A stretch of DNA of 64,000 bases. Source: Pseudomonas sp. Its GTDB lineage: Bacteria > Pseudomonadota > Gammaproteobacteria > Pseudomonadales > Pseudomonadaceae. Where the stretch lies: the NCBI GenBank assembly GCA_038147895.1, contig JAYQUJ010000010.1, forward strand, positions 312 to 64,311. The letters run 5' to 3'. Below the pieces are notes generated by a model that was not told the origin of the DNA, ran no database searches, and saw only the letters and a list, made by a program, of their open reading frames with translations. Position numbers and translations under genes: made by a program. Below are positions 1 to 9,756 of the stretch, piece after piece (the first letter of the stretch is position 1; each line of letters starts with the position of its first letter).

Positions 1-293
1 CGCGTCGGGCCAAGCGCACCTTCAACCTGGATGCCGATCGCCGTTTCGGCGACTTCGGCGTCGGCGCGACCCTGTTCGCTGCCAGCCAGCGTTTCGACGA
101 TGCCAGCAACGACGAGGATTCGCGCCTGCCGGGTTATGCCCTGATCGACCTGCGTGGCGAGTACCACATCGATGCCGAATGGACTGTGCAGACCAAGGTC
201 AGCAACCTGTTCGACCGCGACTACGAAACGGCGCAGACCTACGAACAGCCCGGCCGTGCCTTCTACCTGACCCTGCGCTACCAGGCGCTCTAA
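1..293 (+). CDS. btuB: TonB-dependent outer-membrane receptor, C-terminal fragment (BtuB-like vitamin B12 receptor). The 5' end lies outside the window.
   Basis: Frame 3 reads ...LPGYALIDLRGEYHIDAEWTVQTKVSNLFDRDYETAQTYEQPGRAFYLTLRYQAL*, with TAA at 291-293. The NLFD(K/R)DYE..PGR..Y barrel C-terminus resembles BtuB. It lies directly 5' of a cobalamin operon. Confidence 0.8.
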   Translation, partial: RRAKRTFNLDADRRFGDFGVGATLFAASQRFDDASNDEDSRLPGYALIDLRGEYHIDAEWTVQTKVSNLFDRDYETAQTYEQPGRAFYLTLRYQAL

Positions 294-308
294 GCGAGGA
301 CATGGCTC

Positions 309-878
309 ATGCCCCAGTTGTCATCCCGTAGCCAGCTGTTTGTCGGCGTGCTGTTGGCGCTGCTGATGATTGTGACTCGCGGCCAGCATTTCGCCACGGT
401 CAACCTGCCCAGCGCCAGCTGGGCGGTGTTCTTCCTCGCCGGCGTGCTGCTGCGCCCGCGCTGGGTATTCCCGGCATTGTTTGGTCTGGCGACGTTGCTG
501 GACTTCGGCATGCTCGCCAACAGTAGCGTGACGGATTGGTGCACCTCGCCTGCCTACTGGCTGCTGCTGCCGGCCTACGGCGCCCTGTGGCTGGGCGGGC
601 GTCTGTATGCCGGCTGGCACCGCGAGCGGCTCAGCAGCCTGGCGCTGCTGGTGCTGACCGTGCTGGTGGCGGCTTTCGTCTGCCACCTGCTGTCCAGCGG
701 CGGCTTCTACTTCCTCTCCGGGCGTTACCCGGAACCGACCCTGGCCGGCTTCCTACCGCGTATTGGCCATTACTACCCGAGCTTCCTCAGCAATATGGCG
801 CTGTATGTCGGCGTCGCCATTGCGTTGTATATCGGCTGGCGTGCTGCCGTGGGGCTCAAGTCCCGCGTGGCGAGTTGA
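309..878 (+). CDS. Small polytopic inner-membrane protein (about 6 TM helices) embedded in the B12 operon. Candidate BtuM-like corrinoid transporter.
   Basis: 189-aa ORF with six hydrophobic segments and no soluble domain. It starts 15 nt after the btuB stop. Its TGA (876-878) overlaps the cobB ATG (878) as TGATG. Confidence 0.75.
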   Translation: MPQLSSRSQLFVGVLLALLMIVTRGQHFATVNLPSASWAVFFLAGVLLRPRWVFPALFGLATLLDFGMLANSSVTDWCTSPAYWLLLPAYGALWLGGRLYAGWHRERLSSLALLVLTVLVAAFVCHLLSSGGFYFLSGRYPEPTLAGFLPRIGHYYPSFLSNMALYVGVAIALYIGWRAAVGLKSRVAS

Positions 879-2170
879 TGCAGCTCCGCGCCTGTCCGAC
901 CCTGCTGGTCGCCGCGTCGGCGTCCGGCCAAGGCAAGACCACCGTCACCGCTGCTCTGGCGCGTTTGCATGTGCGTGCCGGGCGGCGGGTGCGGGTGTTC
1001 AAGTGCGGGCCGGACTTTCTCGACCCGATGATCCTGCAGCGCGCCAGCGGCGCGCCGGTGTACCAGCTCGACCTGTGGATGGTCGGCGAGGCCGAGTCGC
1101 GGCGCCTGTTGTGGCAGGCGGCGGGCGAGGCCGATCTGATCCTGATCGAAGGGGTGATGGGGCTGTTCGACGGCCAGCCCTCGGCGGCCGACCTGGCGCG
1201 CCGCTTCGGCGTGCCGGTGCTGGGGGTGATCGATGCCAGCGCCATGGCGCAGACCTTCGCTGCCGTCGCCCATGGCCTGGCCAGCTATCAGCCAGACCTG
1301 CCATTCGCCGGCGTGCTGGCCAATCGCACCGGCAGCACGGGCCACGCCGAGCTGCTGCGTGATTGTTTGCCGGCGCATCTGCCGTGGTTCGGCGCCTTGC
1401 CACGCAGCGCCGAGGTGGAGCTGCCCAGCCGTCACCTGGGACTGGTGCAGGCGGCGGAGCTGGCTGATCTGGATGTCCGCCTAGATGCGGCGGCGGATGC
1501 CCTGCTGGCCAGTGCCGGGGCCGTGCTGCCAGCGCCGGTGACCTTCAGCGCTGCCGCTATCGACACGCCGGAACCCTGGTTGCGTGGCGTGCGTATCGGC
1601 GTGGCTCGTGACAGCAGCTTCTCCTTTATCTACCAGGCCAACCTCGATCTGCTACAGGCACTCGGCGCCGAACTGGTGTTCTTTTCGCCGCTGACGGACG
1701 CCACCCTACCGGCGGTGGATAGTCTGTACCTGCCCGGCGGTTACCCGGAGCTGCATCTGCAACAGCTGTCCGCTAATCAATCGATGTTGGCGGCTATTCG
1801 TGAGCATCACCGGGTCGGCAAGCCGATCCTCGCCGAGTGCGGCGGCATGCTCTATCTGCTACAGGCGCTGACCGACAAGCAGGGTGAACGTGCCGAATTG
1901 GCCGGGCTGCTGCCGGGTGAGGCGCAGATGCAACCGAAACTGGCGGCCCTGGCCCTGCAGCAAGTAGAGCTGCCGCAGGGCAGCCTGCGCGGGCATACTT
2001 ACCACCATTCGACGCTGGACTGCCCATTGCCGCCCAGCGCGCGGGGCGCCTGTCCCAATCAGCGACGCACAGCCGAAGCGGTCTACCAGATAGGGCGCCT
2101 CACAGCGTCCTATATCCACTTCTATCTGCCGTCCAACCCACGGGCGGCGGCTGAGCTATTGCTGCCATGA
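878..2170 (+). CDS. cobB: Cobyrinate a,c-diamide synthase
   Basis: MQLRACPTLLVAASASGQGKTTVTAALARLH P-loop N-terminus and a C-terminal GATase motif (AECGGMLYL). The ORF-track start at 536 is an upstream extension inside the previous gene, so ATG 878 was chosen. Confidence 0.9.
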   Translation: MQLRACPTLLVAASASGQGKTTVTAALARLHVRAGRRVRVFKCGPDFLDPMILQRASGAPVYQLDLWMVGEAESRRLLWQAAGEADLILIEGVMGLFDGQPSAADLARRFGVPVLGVIDASAMAQTFAAVAHGLASYQPDLPFAGVLANRTGSTGHAELLRDCLPAHLPWFGALPRSAEVELPSRHLGLVQAAELADLDVRLDAAADALLASAGAVLPAPVTFSAAAIDTPEPWLRGVRIGVARDSSFSFIYQANLDLLQALGAELVFFSPLTDATLPAVDSLYLPGGYPELHLQQLSANQSMLAAIREHHRVGKPILAECGGMLYLLQALTDKQGERAELAGLLPGEAQMQPKLAALALQQVELPQGSLRGHTYHHSTLDCPLPPSARGACPNQRRTAEAVYQIGRLTASYIHFYLPSNPRAAAELLLP

Positions 2171-2814
2171 CCGATCACGCCTACCGCCCCGAGGACCGCG
2201 CCGCCGTTTACCGCGCCATTGCCGAGCGCCGCGACATGCGCCATTTCGCTGAGGGCGAGGTAGCGCCTGAACTGTTGCAGCGTCTGCTGGCGGCGGCGCA
2301 CCAGGCGCCCAGCGTCGGCCTGATGCAGCCCTGGCGCTTCATTCGCATCACCCGCCCGCAGTTGCGCGAGAGCATCCACGGCCTGGTCGAGGCCGAACGC
2401 GTGCGTACCGCCGAGGCCCTAGGCGAGCGCAGTGACGAGTTCATGCGGCTCAAGGTCGAGGGTGTCCGTGACTGTGCCGAGCTGCTGGTGGCGGCGCTGA
2501 TGGACGGCCGCGAAGCCCATGTGTTCGGTCGTCGCACCCTGCCGCAGATGGACCTGGCCTCGCTCAGCTGCGCCATTCAGAACCTCTGGCTGGCGGCGCG
2601 CGCCGAGGGCCTGGGCATGGGCTGGGTGTCGCTGTTCGAGCCCGAGGCCCTGGCCGAACTGCTCGGCATGCCGCCCGGCAGCCAGGCGGTGGCGGTGCTG
2701 TGCCTGGGGCCGGTGCATGAGTTCTACGAGCGGCCGATGCTGGTGGAGGAGGGCTGGGCCGAGGAGCGCCCGTTGGCCGAGCTGGTGTTCACCGACAGTT
2801 GGGGGCAGCGATGA
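2167..2814 (+). CDS. bluB: 5,6-dimethylbenzimidazole synthase (BluB, nitroreductase fold)
   Basis: The 215-aa translation carries RRDMRHF...[11 protein letters not shown], typical of BluB. An ATGA overlap joins it to the cobB stop. Confidence 0.85.
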   Translation: MTDHAYRPEDRAAVYRAIAERRDMRHFAEGEVAPELLQRLLAAAHQAPSVGLMQPWRFIRITRPQLRESIHGLVEAERVRTAEALGERSDEFMRLKVEGVRDCAELLVAALMDGREAHVFGRRTLPQMDLASLSCAIQNLWLAARAEGLGMGWVSLFEPEALAELLGMPPGSQAVAVLCLGPVHEFYERPMLVEEGWAEERPLAELVFTDSWGQR

Positions 2815-3716
2815 GCCTGGCACTCGCGGTACTGGCCGGGCTTGGCCTGGATGCCTGGTTCGGCGAGCCGCGCCGTTGGCACCCGCTGGTGGGCTTCGGC
2901 AACCTGGCCCAGCGTATCGAACAACGCCTTAATGCCGGCGGGCGCGGCTGGCGCAGCCATGGGGTCACCGGCTGGTGCCTGGCGGTGCTGCCGGCGGTGA
3001 CGCTGGTCTGGCTGCTGAGTCTTTCCAGCCTGGGCTGGTTGGTCGAGGTCCTTGCCCTGTATTTCGCCGTGGGTCTGAAAAGCCTGGCCCAGCACGCGCT
3101 GCCGGTGGCCCAGGCCCTGCGCCTGGGGCAGCTGGACGAGGCGCGCCGGCGTGTTGGCTACCTGGTCAGCCGCCGCACCAGTGATCTGGATGCCACGGCC
3201 GTGGCCCGTGCGGGCACAGAGTCGGTGCTGGAGAACGGCTCCGATGCTGTGTTCGCCGCGCTGTTCTGGTTCTGCCTGCTCGGTGCGCCGGGTGTGGTGC
3301 TGTATCGCCTGAGCAATACCCTGGACGCCATGTGGGGCTACCGCAACGAGCGTTTCGAGCGCTTCGGCTGGGCGGCGGCGAAGATCGACGATGCGCTCAA
3401 CTATGTACCGGCGCGCCTGGTCGCTTTGACCTACGCGCTGCTCGGCCAGACGCACCGTGCCATCAGCTGCTGGACCCGGCAGGCTCCGCAGTGGGACAGC
3501 CCCAACGCCGGCCCGGTGATGGCCGCCGGTGCAGGCGCCCTGGGCGTGTGCCTGGGCGGTGCGGCGGTCTACCACGGTGTCGAGGAGCAACGCCCAGAGT
3601 TGGGCGAGGGCGCCCCGGCGCAGGCGCGGGATATCGAGCGGGCGCTGAATCTGGTGTATGCCGGCGTGGGCCTGTGGCTGTTGCTATTGATCGTGGGAGG
3701 AGTCTGTTTTGCTTGA
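2811..3716 (+). CDS. cobD: Adenosylcobinamide-phosphate synthase (CobD/CbiB)
   Basis: Membrane protein with [23 protein letters not shown](L)VGFG N-terminus typical of CbiB. ATG 2811 overlaps the bluB TGA (ATGA). The track start TTG 2799 is less likely. Confidence 0.88.
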   Translation: MSLALAVLAGLGLDAWFGEPRRWHPLVGFGNLAQRIEQRLNAGGRGWRSHGVTGWCLAVLPAVTLVWLLSLSSLGWLVEVLALYFAVGLKSLAQHALPVAQALRLGQLDEARRRVGYLVSRRTSDLDATAVARAGTESVLENGSDAVFAALFWFCLLGAPGVVLYRLSNTLDAMWGYRNERFERFGWAAAKIDDALNYVPARLVALTYALLGQTHRAISCWTRQAPQWDSPNAGPVMAAGAGALGVCLGGAAVYHGVEEQRPELGEGAPAQARDIERALNLVYAGVGLWLLLLIVGGVCFA

Positions 3717-4692
3717 GCATGGAGGCCGCTTGCGCCTGGCGGCGCAGCAATTCGGCATCGAACTGAACCAGTGGCTGGACCTGTCCACCGGCATTGCCCC
3801 CTATGCCTGGCCGCTGCCGACGATCTCGGCCGAGGCCTGGAATCGCCTACCGGAGCTGGATGACGGCCTGGAAGCCGCCGCGCGCGATTATTACGGCGTG
3901 CAGACGCTGCTGCCGGTAGCCGGTTCGCAGGCGGCCATCCAGGTACTGCCGCGCTTGCGCGGCCCGTCGCGGGTCGGCATCGTCGCGCCGGCCTATGCCG
4001 AGCATGCCCTGGCCTGGCGCCGCGAGGGCCATCGTCTGCAGGAAATCAGCGAGGGCTCGGTGCATCGCGCTCTGGAGCGCCTGGACGTGCTGGTGGTGAT
4101 CAATCCCAACAACCCCTCGGGGCGGCGCATCGAGGTAGAACAACTGCTGACCTGGCATGCGCAGCTGGCCGAGCGCGGTGGCTGGCTGATCGTTGACGAA
4201 GCCTTCGTCGATGGCACCCCGGAGCAGAGCCTTGCTGCTCATGTGCACTTGCCAGGACTGATCGTATTGCGTTCGTTCGGCAAGTTCTTCGGCCTGGCCG
4301 GCATGCGCCTGGGCTTTGTGCTGGCCGAGCAGGCTCTGTTGGATCGGCTGAATGATCAGCTTGGTCCCTGGGCGGTGGCCGGGCCGACCCGCGAGGTGGC
4401 CCGCGCCGCCCTGCTCGACGTTGCGCAACAGGAGTACCAGCGCCAGCGCCTGCAGGCCGACGGTCTGCGCCTGGCAGTGCTGCTCAGCCAGTACGGCCTG
4501 CCCCCGGCGGGCGGCACCTCGCTGTTCCAGTTGGTGCTGCATGAGCAGCCGCCCGAGCTGCATGAATTCCTTGCTCGGCGCGGCATCCTGGTACGGCTGA
4601 TCACTGCGCCGCCGGGCCTGCGCTTCGGCTTGCCGGGAGACGAGGCGGGCTGGGCGCGATTGGAACAGGCGCTCAAGGAGTACCGTTCGTGA
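3709..4692 (+). CDS. cobC: Threonine-phosphate decarboxylase, class I/II aminotransferase fold (CobC in P. denitrificans naming, CobD in Salmonella naming)
   Basis: MLEHGGRL N-terminus and NPNNPSG / SFGKFFG PLP-lysine region. GGGAGGAG lies 6 nt upstream of TTG 3709. It overlaps the cobD stop. Confidence 0.85.
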   Translation: MLEHGGRLRLAAQQFGIELNQWLDLSTGIAPYAWPLPTISAEAWNRLPELDDGLEAAARDYYGVQTLLPVAGSQAAIQVLPRLRGPSRVGIVAPAYAEHALAWRREGHRLQEISEGSVHRALERLDVLVVINPNNPSGRRIEVEQLLTWHAQLAERGGWLIVDEAFVDGTPEQSLAAHVHLPGLIVLRSFGKFFGLAGMRLGFVLAEQALLDRLNDQLGPWAVAGPTREVARAALLDVAQQEYQRQRLQADGLRLAVLLSQYGLPPAGGTSLFQLVLHEQPPELHEFLARRGILVRLITAPPGLRFGLPGDEAGWARLEQALKEYRS

Positions 4693-6143
4693 CTGCCACT
4701 CTGATGATCCAGGGCACCACCTCCGATGCCGGCAAGAGCACGCTGGTGACGGCCCTGTGCCGCTGGCTGCAGCGCCAGGGCGTGAGCGTGGTGCCGTTCA
4801 AGCCGCAGAATATGGCGCTCAACTCCGCCGTTACCGCCGATGGCGGCGAGATCGGCCGTGCCCAGGCGGTGCAGGCCCAGGCCGCGGGTCTGCCGCCGCA
4901 TACCGACATGAACCCGGTGCTGCTCAAGCCCAACTCCGATACCGGCGCCCAGGTGATCATTCACGGCCGCGCCATCGGCAACATGCACGCCGTGGCCTAC
5001 CACGACTACAAGCGCGTCGCCCGCGAGGCGGTGCTGGAATCCCACGCGCGCCTGGCCGCGCAGTACCCGGTGGTGATGGTGGAGGGCGCCGGCTCGCCGG
5101 CCGAGATCAATCTGCGCGCCGGCGATATTGCCAATATGGGCTTTGCCGAGGCGGTGGACTGCCCGGTGCTGCTGATCGCCGATATCGACAAGGGCGGCGT
5201 GTTCGCCCACCTGGTCGGCACCCTGGAGCTGCTTGCGCCGAGCGAGCAGGTCAGGGTGAAGGGCTTCGTGATCAACCGATTTCGCGGCGATATCGCCCTG
5301 CTGCAACCGGGACTGGACTGGCTGGAGGAACGCACCGGCAAGCCGGTGCTCGGCGTGCTGCCGTACCTGATGGACTTTCACCTGGAAGCCGAGGACGCGG
5401 TGCAGGTGCTGCAGCCGGACAAGGAACGCGAGGTGCTGCGCGTGGCGGTGCCGGTGTTGCCACGCATCAGTAACCACACCGACTTCGACCCGCTGCGCCT
5501 GCATCCGCAGGTGGATCTGCAGTTCATCGGCCCTGGCCAGGTCATTCCGCCGGCCGACCTGATCATCCTGCCCGGCTCCAAGAGCGTGCGTGCCGACCTG
5601 GCGCGCCTGCGCGAGCACGGCTGGGACGCCGCCATCGCCCGTCACCTGCGTTACGGCGGCAAGGTGCTGGGTATCTGCGGTGGCCTGCAGATGCTTGGCA
5701 TGCGCATCGACGACCCGCATGGCCTGGAAGGCGAGGCCGGCAGCAGCGCCGGCCTCGGCCTGCTCGACTACAGCACCGTGCTGGAGCCGGAGAAGCAGCT
5801 GCGCAACGTGCGTGGGCGTTTGAGCCTGGGCGAGCTGGAGGTCAGAGGCTACGAGATCCATGCCGGGGTCAGCAGCGGGCCGGCGCTCGATATGCCTGCC
5901 GTGCGCCTGGACGATGGTCGCAGCGACGGCGCGATCAGCGCCGACGGCCAGGTCATGGCCACCTACCTGCACGGGCTGTTCGAACAACCGGCGGCCTGTG
6001 CCGAGTTACTGCGCTGGGCCGGCCTGCGCGAGGCGCGGCAGGTGGACTACCATGCGCGCCGCGAACGCGATATCGAGCGCCTGGCTGATCTGGTCGAGGC
6101 GCATCTGGATACTCGGCTGCTCCGTGAGCTATGTGGGTTGTGA
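4689..6143 (+). CDS. cobQ: Cobyric acid synthase
   Basis: [13 protein letters not shown]-loop and a C-terminal GATase domain (ICGGLQMLG). The GTG start overlaps the preceding stop. Confidence 0.92.
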   Translation: MTATLMIQGTTSDAGKSTLVTALCRWLQRQGVSVVPFKPQNMALNSAVTADGGEIGRAQAVQAQAAGLPPHTDMNPVLLKPNSDTGAQVIIHGRAIGNMHAVAYHDYKRVAREAVLESHARLAAQYPVVMVEGAGSPAEINLRAGDIANMGFAEAVDCPVLLIADIDKGGVFAHLVGTLELLAPSEQVRVKGFVINRFRGDIALLQPGLDWLEERTGKPVLGVLPYLMDFHLEAEDAVQVLQPDKEREVLRVAVPVLPRISNHTDFDPLRLHPQVDLQFIGPGQVIPPADLIILPGSKSVRADLARLREHGWDAAIARHLRYGGKVLGICGGLQMLGMRIDDPHGLEGEAGSSAGLGLLDYSTVLEPEKQLRNVRGRLSLGELEVRGYEIHAGVSSGPALDMPAVRLDDGRSDGAISADGQVMATYLHGLFEQPAACAELLRWAGLREARQVDYHARRERDIERLADLVEAHLDTRLLRELCGL

Positions 6144-6156
6144 GGGGGCGACGACT

Positions 6157-6275
6157 CCCTCACCCCAACCCTCTCCCGGCGGGAGAGGGAGTTATTCCGT
6201 GCTGGCGTTTGAGCACATACGTTAACGCAACCCCGATCCGCCCCCTCTCCCTCTGGGAGAGGGCTGGGGTGAGGG
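6157..6275. repeat. Inverted pair of about 33-bp REP-like palindromic elements between cobQ and cobU
   Basis: Copy A is at 6157-6189: CCCTCACCCCAACCCTCTCCCGGCGGGAGAGGG. Copy B at 6243-6275 is its near-exact reverse complement: CCCTCTCCCTCTGGGAGAGGGCTGGGGTGAGGG. Each copy contains its own 9-bp stem. Confidence 0.85.
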
Positions 6276-6297
6276 CCGATCGGCAAAGGTACTCCTC

Positions 6298-6819
6298 ATG
6301 CTTGAACTGATCCTCGGCGGCGCCCGCTCCGGCAAGAGTCGCCTGGCCGAGAAGCTGGCCGTGCGCAGCGGTCTGGCCGTCACCTATATCGCCACCAGCC
6401 AGGCGCTGGATGGTGAGATGAATGCGCGCATTGCTCACCACCGCGAGCGGCGTCCGGCCGAATGGGCGCTGGTCGAAGAGCCCATCGAACTGGGCCGCGT
6501 GCTGCGCGAGAACGCCGCGTCCGAGCGCTGCCTGCTGGTCGATTGCCTGACTCTGTGGCTGACCAACCTGCTGATGCTGGAGGACGACTCCCGGCTGGCC
6601 ATGCAGCGCGATGCCTTTCTTGAAGCCCTGGCCGAGCTGCCGGGGCGGATCATCCTGGTCAGCAACGAGACCGGTCTGGGCGTGGTGCCGCTGGGCGAGC
6701 TGACCCGCCGCTATGTCGACGAGGCCGGTTGGCTGCACCAGGCCGTGGCCGAACGGGCCGAGCGGGTACAGTTCTGCGTGGCCGGTTTGCCGATGTTGCT
6801 CAAAGGAGAGCCGCTCTGA
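6298..6819 (+). CDS. cobU: Adenosylcobinamide kinase / adenosylcobinamide-phosphate guanylyltransferase
   Basis: [15 protein letters not shown]-loop, 173 aa, in cob context. Confidence 0.92.
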   Translation: MLELILGGARSGKSRLAEKLAVRSGLAVTYIATSQALDGEMNARIAHHRERRPAEWALVEEPIELGRVLRENAASERCLLVDCLTLWLTNLLMLEDDSRLAMQRDAFLEALAELPGRIILVSNETGLGVVPLGELTRRYVDEAGWLHQAVAERAERVQFCVAGLPMLLKGEPL

Positions 6820-7871
6820 ATTCCTCCCTCTGGTGGCAGCAGGCCTGCCGTCAGCCTGATGCCGCCGCCGAAGCTGCCGCCCTGGCGCGCCAGGCGCAGC
6901 TGACCAAACCCACCGGCGCACTCGGTGCGCTGGAGACGCTGGCGGTGCGCCTGGCCGCGCTGCAGGGCCGCGAGAAGCCGGCAATCGGCAATCCACAACT
7001 GGCGCTGTTCGCCGGCGATCATGGGGTGGTCGCCGAGGGCGTTTCCGCCTATCCGCAGGCCGTGACGGCGCAGATGCTGGGCAACTTTGTCAGCGGCGGC
7101 GCGGCGGTCAGCGTGCTGGCACGCGAGCAGGGCATGCCGCTGCGCCTGATTGACCTGGGCACCATCAACCTCGACCTACAGTTGCCCGGCGTGCGTCACC
7201 TGCGCCTGGGCGCTGGCACCGCCAACTTCGCTGTCGAGCCGGCGATGACTTCGGAGCAGTGCCGGGCCGCCCTGCAGGCTGGCCGCGACGCCGTGCTGGA
7301 AGCTCAGGTTGCCGGCTGCGACCTGTTCCTTGCCGGCGAGATGGGCATCGGCAATACCAGCGCCGCTACGGCGTTGGCCTGCGCCCTGAGCTACCTGGCC
7401 CCGGCGCAGTTGACCGGTCCTGGCACCGGGCTGGATGGTGCTGGCGTTCGCCACAAGCAGGCGGTAATCGAGCGTGCCTTGGCCCTGCACGGCGCGAACT
7501 TGGATGATCCTTTCGAGGCTTTGCGCCGGCTTGGCGGCTTCGAGCTGGCGGCCCTGGCCGGTGCCTACCTGGCCTGCGCCCAGCTTGGCATTCCAGCCGT
7601 GGTCGATGGCTTTATCTGCTCGGCAGCAGCCCTGTGCGCGCTGCGCCTCAACCCAGGCGTGCAGCCCTGGCTGCTGTTCGCCCATGCCGGCGCCGAACCG
7701 GGCCACGCCGCCTTGTTGACCGAGCTGGGCGCAGAGCCTCTGCTCGATCTCGGCCTGCGCCTGGGCGAGGGCAGTGGCGCGGCGTTGGCGCTACCGTTGA
7801 TCAAGCTGGCCTGCGCTCTGCACAGCGGCATGGCGACCTTTTCCGAAGCACTGGTCGAGGACCGTTCATGA
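6816..7871 (+). CDS. cobT: Nicotinate-nucleotide--dimethylbenzimidazole phosphoribosyltransferase. The start codon is uncertain.
   Basis: [12 protein letters not shown]...GEMGIGNTS motifs. The only canonical in-frame start is TTG 6729, which would overlap cobU by 91 nt. GGAGAG (6805-6810) sits 5 nt before an in-frame CTG at 6816, and that start would give a protein of about 351 aa. Confidence 0.85.
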   Translation: MNSSLWWQQACRQPDAAAEAAALARQAQLTKPTGALGALETLAVRLAALQGREKPAIGNPQLALFAGDHGVVAEGVSAYPQAVTAQMLGNFVSGGAAVSVLAREQGMPLRLIDLGTINLDLQLPGVRHLRLGAGTANFAVEPAMTSEQCRAALQAGRDAVLEAQVAGCDLFLAGEMGIGNTSAATALACALSYLAPAQLTGPGTGLDGAGVRHKQAVIERALALHGANLDDPFEALRRLGGFELAALAGAYLACAQLGIPAVVDGFICSAAALCALRLNPGVQPWLLFAHAGAEPGHAALLTELGAEPLLDLGLRLGEGSGAALALPLIKLACALHSGMATFSEALVEDRS

Positions 7872-8440
7872 CCCTTTCCCTGGATATGTTGCGCCACGGC
7901 GTTACCGTGGCTGGCCCCGGTTTTCGCGGCAGCAGTGATGACGCATTGAGCGAGCAGGGCTGGCAGCAGATGCAGCAGGCGCTGGCCGGTCAGGGCGGCT
8001 GGGATCTGGTGATCAGCTCGCCGTTGCAGCGCTGCGCCGCCTTCGCCCAGCAGTACGCCGAGGCCAACGGCCTGCCGCTGCGCATCGAGGCCGATCTGCG
8101 CGAACTGCACTTCGGCGCCTGGGAAGGGCGCAACTCGGCGGAAATCCTGCTGGAAGATCCCGAGGCGTTGGGCCTGTTCTGGAACGACCCCTATCGCTTC
8201 ACTCCGCCCGAAGCCGAGCCGGTGCGTGACTTCGCCGACCGTGTGCTTGGCGCCGTCGAGCGTTTGCAGGCCGAGCTGGCCGGCCGGCGCGTGCTGCTGG
8301 TGACCCATGGCGGGGTGATGCGCCTGTTGCTGGCGCGCGCCCGTGGCCTGGCGGAAAGCCAGCTGTTGCAGGTGGAAGTCGGTTATGGCGCGCTGCATGG
8401 CCTGCAGGTCGCTGCCGGCTTGGCTCTGAGCGAAGCCTGA
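7868..8440 (+). CDS. Alpha-ribazole phosphatase (histidine phosphatase family)
   Basis: [11 protein letters not shown]..., with the catalytic RHG motif. The ATG overlaps the cobT TGA. 190 aa. Confidence 0.85.
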   Translation: MTLSLDMLRHGVTVAGPGFRGSSDDALSEQGWQQMQQALAGQGGWDLVISSPLQRCAAFAQQYAEANGLPLRIEADLRELHFGAWEGRNSAEILLEDPEALGLFWNDPYRFTPPEAEPVRDFADRVLGAVERLQAELAGRRVLLVTHGGVMRLLLARARGLAESQLLQVEVGYGALHGLQVAAGLALSEA

Positions 8441-9177
8441 TGCTGCCCTTACCGGCGCTGATCGCCCTGCAGTTTCTCTCGCGCCTGCCGGTCAGCCTGC
8501 CGGGCATGCCGGAGCCCGAGCAGGTCGGCCGTTCGCTGCTCTGGTACCCGGCGGTTGGCCTGCTGCTCGGCGGTCTGCTGCTCGGGCTGCATGCCCTGTT
8601 GGGTGATAGTGCGCCGCTGCTGCAGGCCGCCATCCTGCTGGCGGCCTGGGTCGCCTTCAGCGGCGGCCTGCATCTGGACGGCCTGGCTGATACGGCGGAT
8701 GCCTGGGTCGGCGGCTACGGCGACCGCGAACGCACCCTGGCGATCATGAAGGACCCGCGCAGTGGGCCGATTGCCGTGGTGCTGCTGGTGCTGCTGCTGC
8801 TGCTCAAGTTCGCCGCCTTGGTCGTGTTGCTGGAGCAGGGCGCCTGGGCCGGCTTGTTGCTGGCTCCCTGGCTGGGGCGGGCAGTGCTGCCGCTGCTGCT
8901 GCTGACCACGCCCTATGTGCGTGCTGGCGGCCTGGGCGCGGCGCTGAGCGAACATCTGCCCCGCGAGCGCCTGCCCTGGGTGTTGGCGGCGCACGGGCTG
9001 GCCATGCTGCTGCTGAGCTGGGGCGCTGTGCTCGCCCTGTCGGCGGCCGCGCTGGTGTTTTGGCTATTGCGCCGGGCCATTATCGCTCGTCTGGGCGGCA
9101 CCACTGGTGATACCGCCGGGGCGCTGCTGGAACTGGTCGAGTGTGCGGTGCTGCTGAGCCTGGCGCTGGCGGTCTGA
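8440..9177 (+). CDS. cobS: Adenosylcobinamide-GDP ribazoletransferase (cobalamin synthase CobS/CobV)
   Basis: Polytopic membrane protein, LALQFLSRLP..., with DGLADTADA motif. TGATG overlap with the preceding gene. Confidence 0.9.
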   Translation: MLPLPALIALQFLSRLPVSLPGMPEPEQVGRSLLWYPAVGLLLGGLLLGLHALLGDSAPLLQAAILLAAWVAFSGGLHLDGLADTADAWVGGYGDRERTLAIMKDPRSGPIAVVLLVLLLLLKFAALVVLLEQGAWAGLLLAPWLGRAVLPLLLLTTPYVRAGGLGAALSEHLPRERLPWVLAAHGLAMLLLSWGAVLALSAAALVFWLLRRAIIARLGGTTGDTAGALLELVECAVLLSLALAV

Positions 9178-9185
9178 CTCTCTGT

Positions 9186-9237
9186 GTAGGGCGGGTGAAA
9201 CCCGCGTTGCCAGTGTCGCGGGTTTCACTCGCCCTAC
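9186..9237. repeat. REP-like 21-bp inverted repeat / hairpin at the end of the cob operon
   Basis: GTAGGGCGGGTGAAACCCGCG (9186-9206), a 10-nt loop, then CGCGGGTTTCACTCGCCCTAC (9217-9237). One mismatch. Confidence 0.8.
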
Positions 9238-9315
9238 GGTCCGTTCATCTGTTCTGCTGCCTTGTTGCACAACTGTAACTGCCGATGCAGTTGATGCGGG
9301 TATATACCTGTATCC

Positions 9316-9729
9316 ATGTTGCCGACCCACTGCCTCTGCACCAAATTGCGCCGCGCCAGCCGCGGTGTGACCCGCCTCTACGACGACGCCCTGGCGCCGG
9401 TCGGGCTGAATGCCGCGCAGTTTTCCCTGCTGCGCAATCTGCAGCGCCTCGGTGAGCCGAGCATTACCTGCCTGGCCGAGGCCATGGGCCTGGACCGCAG
9501 CACCCTGGGGCGCAACCTCAGGGTGGTGCAGGGCATGGGGTTGGTGGCGCTGGGCGAGGGCTGTGACCAACGCAGCCGGCAAGTGGCGCTGAGTGAGGCT
9601 GGCCTGCGGGTGCTGGAGCAGGGCGCACCGCTGTGGGAGCAGGCTCAGCAGGCACTGGCGAAGCGCCTGGGCGCGGACAGGCGGGCGGAGCTGATGCTGC
9701 TGCTCGATGATCTGGAAACCATCGATTGA
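9316..9729 (+). CDS. MarR family transcriptional regulator
   Basis: 137 aa with a winged-HTH region (LNAAQFSLLRNLQRLGEPSITCLAEAMGLDRSTLGRNL). Confidence 0.88.
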   Translation: MLPTHCLCTKLRRASRGVTRLYDDALAPVGLNAAQFSLLRNLQRLGEPSITCLAEAMGLDRSTLGRNLRVVQGMGLVALGEGCDQRSRQVALSEAGLRVLEQGAPLWEQAQQALAKRLGADRRAELMLLLDDLETID

Positions 9730-9756
9730 CGGGCGCGGCCCGCGGAGACGACGCAG

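Noticed and set aside
536-877. An N-terminal extension of the cobB ORF overlapping the 6-TM gene.
   Set aside because: The extension is an out-of-frame read of the membrane-protein gene. The conserved CobB P-loop N-terminus begins at ATG 878, with a TGATG coupling junction.
4356-5987. 543-aa ORF on the minus strand, antisense to cobC/cobQ.
   Set aside because: It fully overlaps well-supported cob genes. Its composition is skewed to Ala/Gly/Arg/His/Gln, as expected for the antisense frame of GC3-rich genes. It has no RBS and no recognisable domain. This is a typical high-GC shadow ORF.
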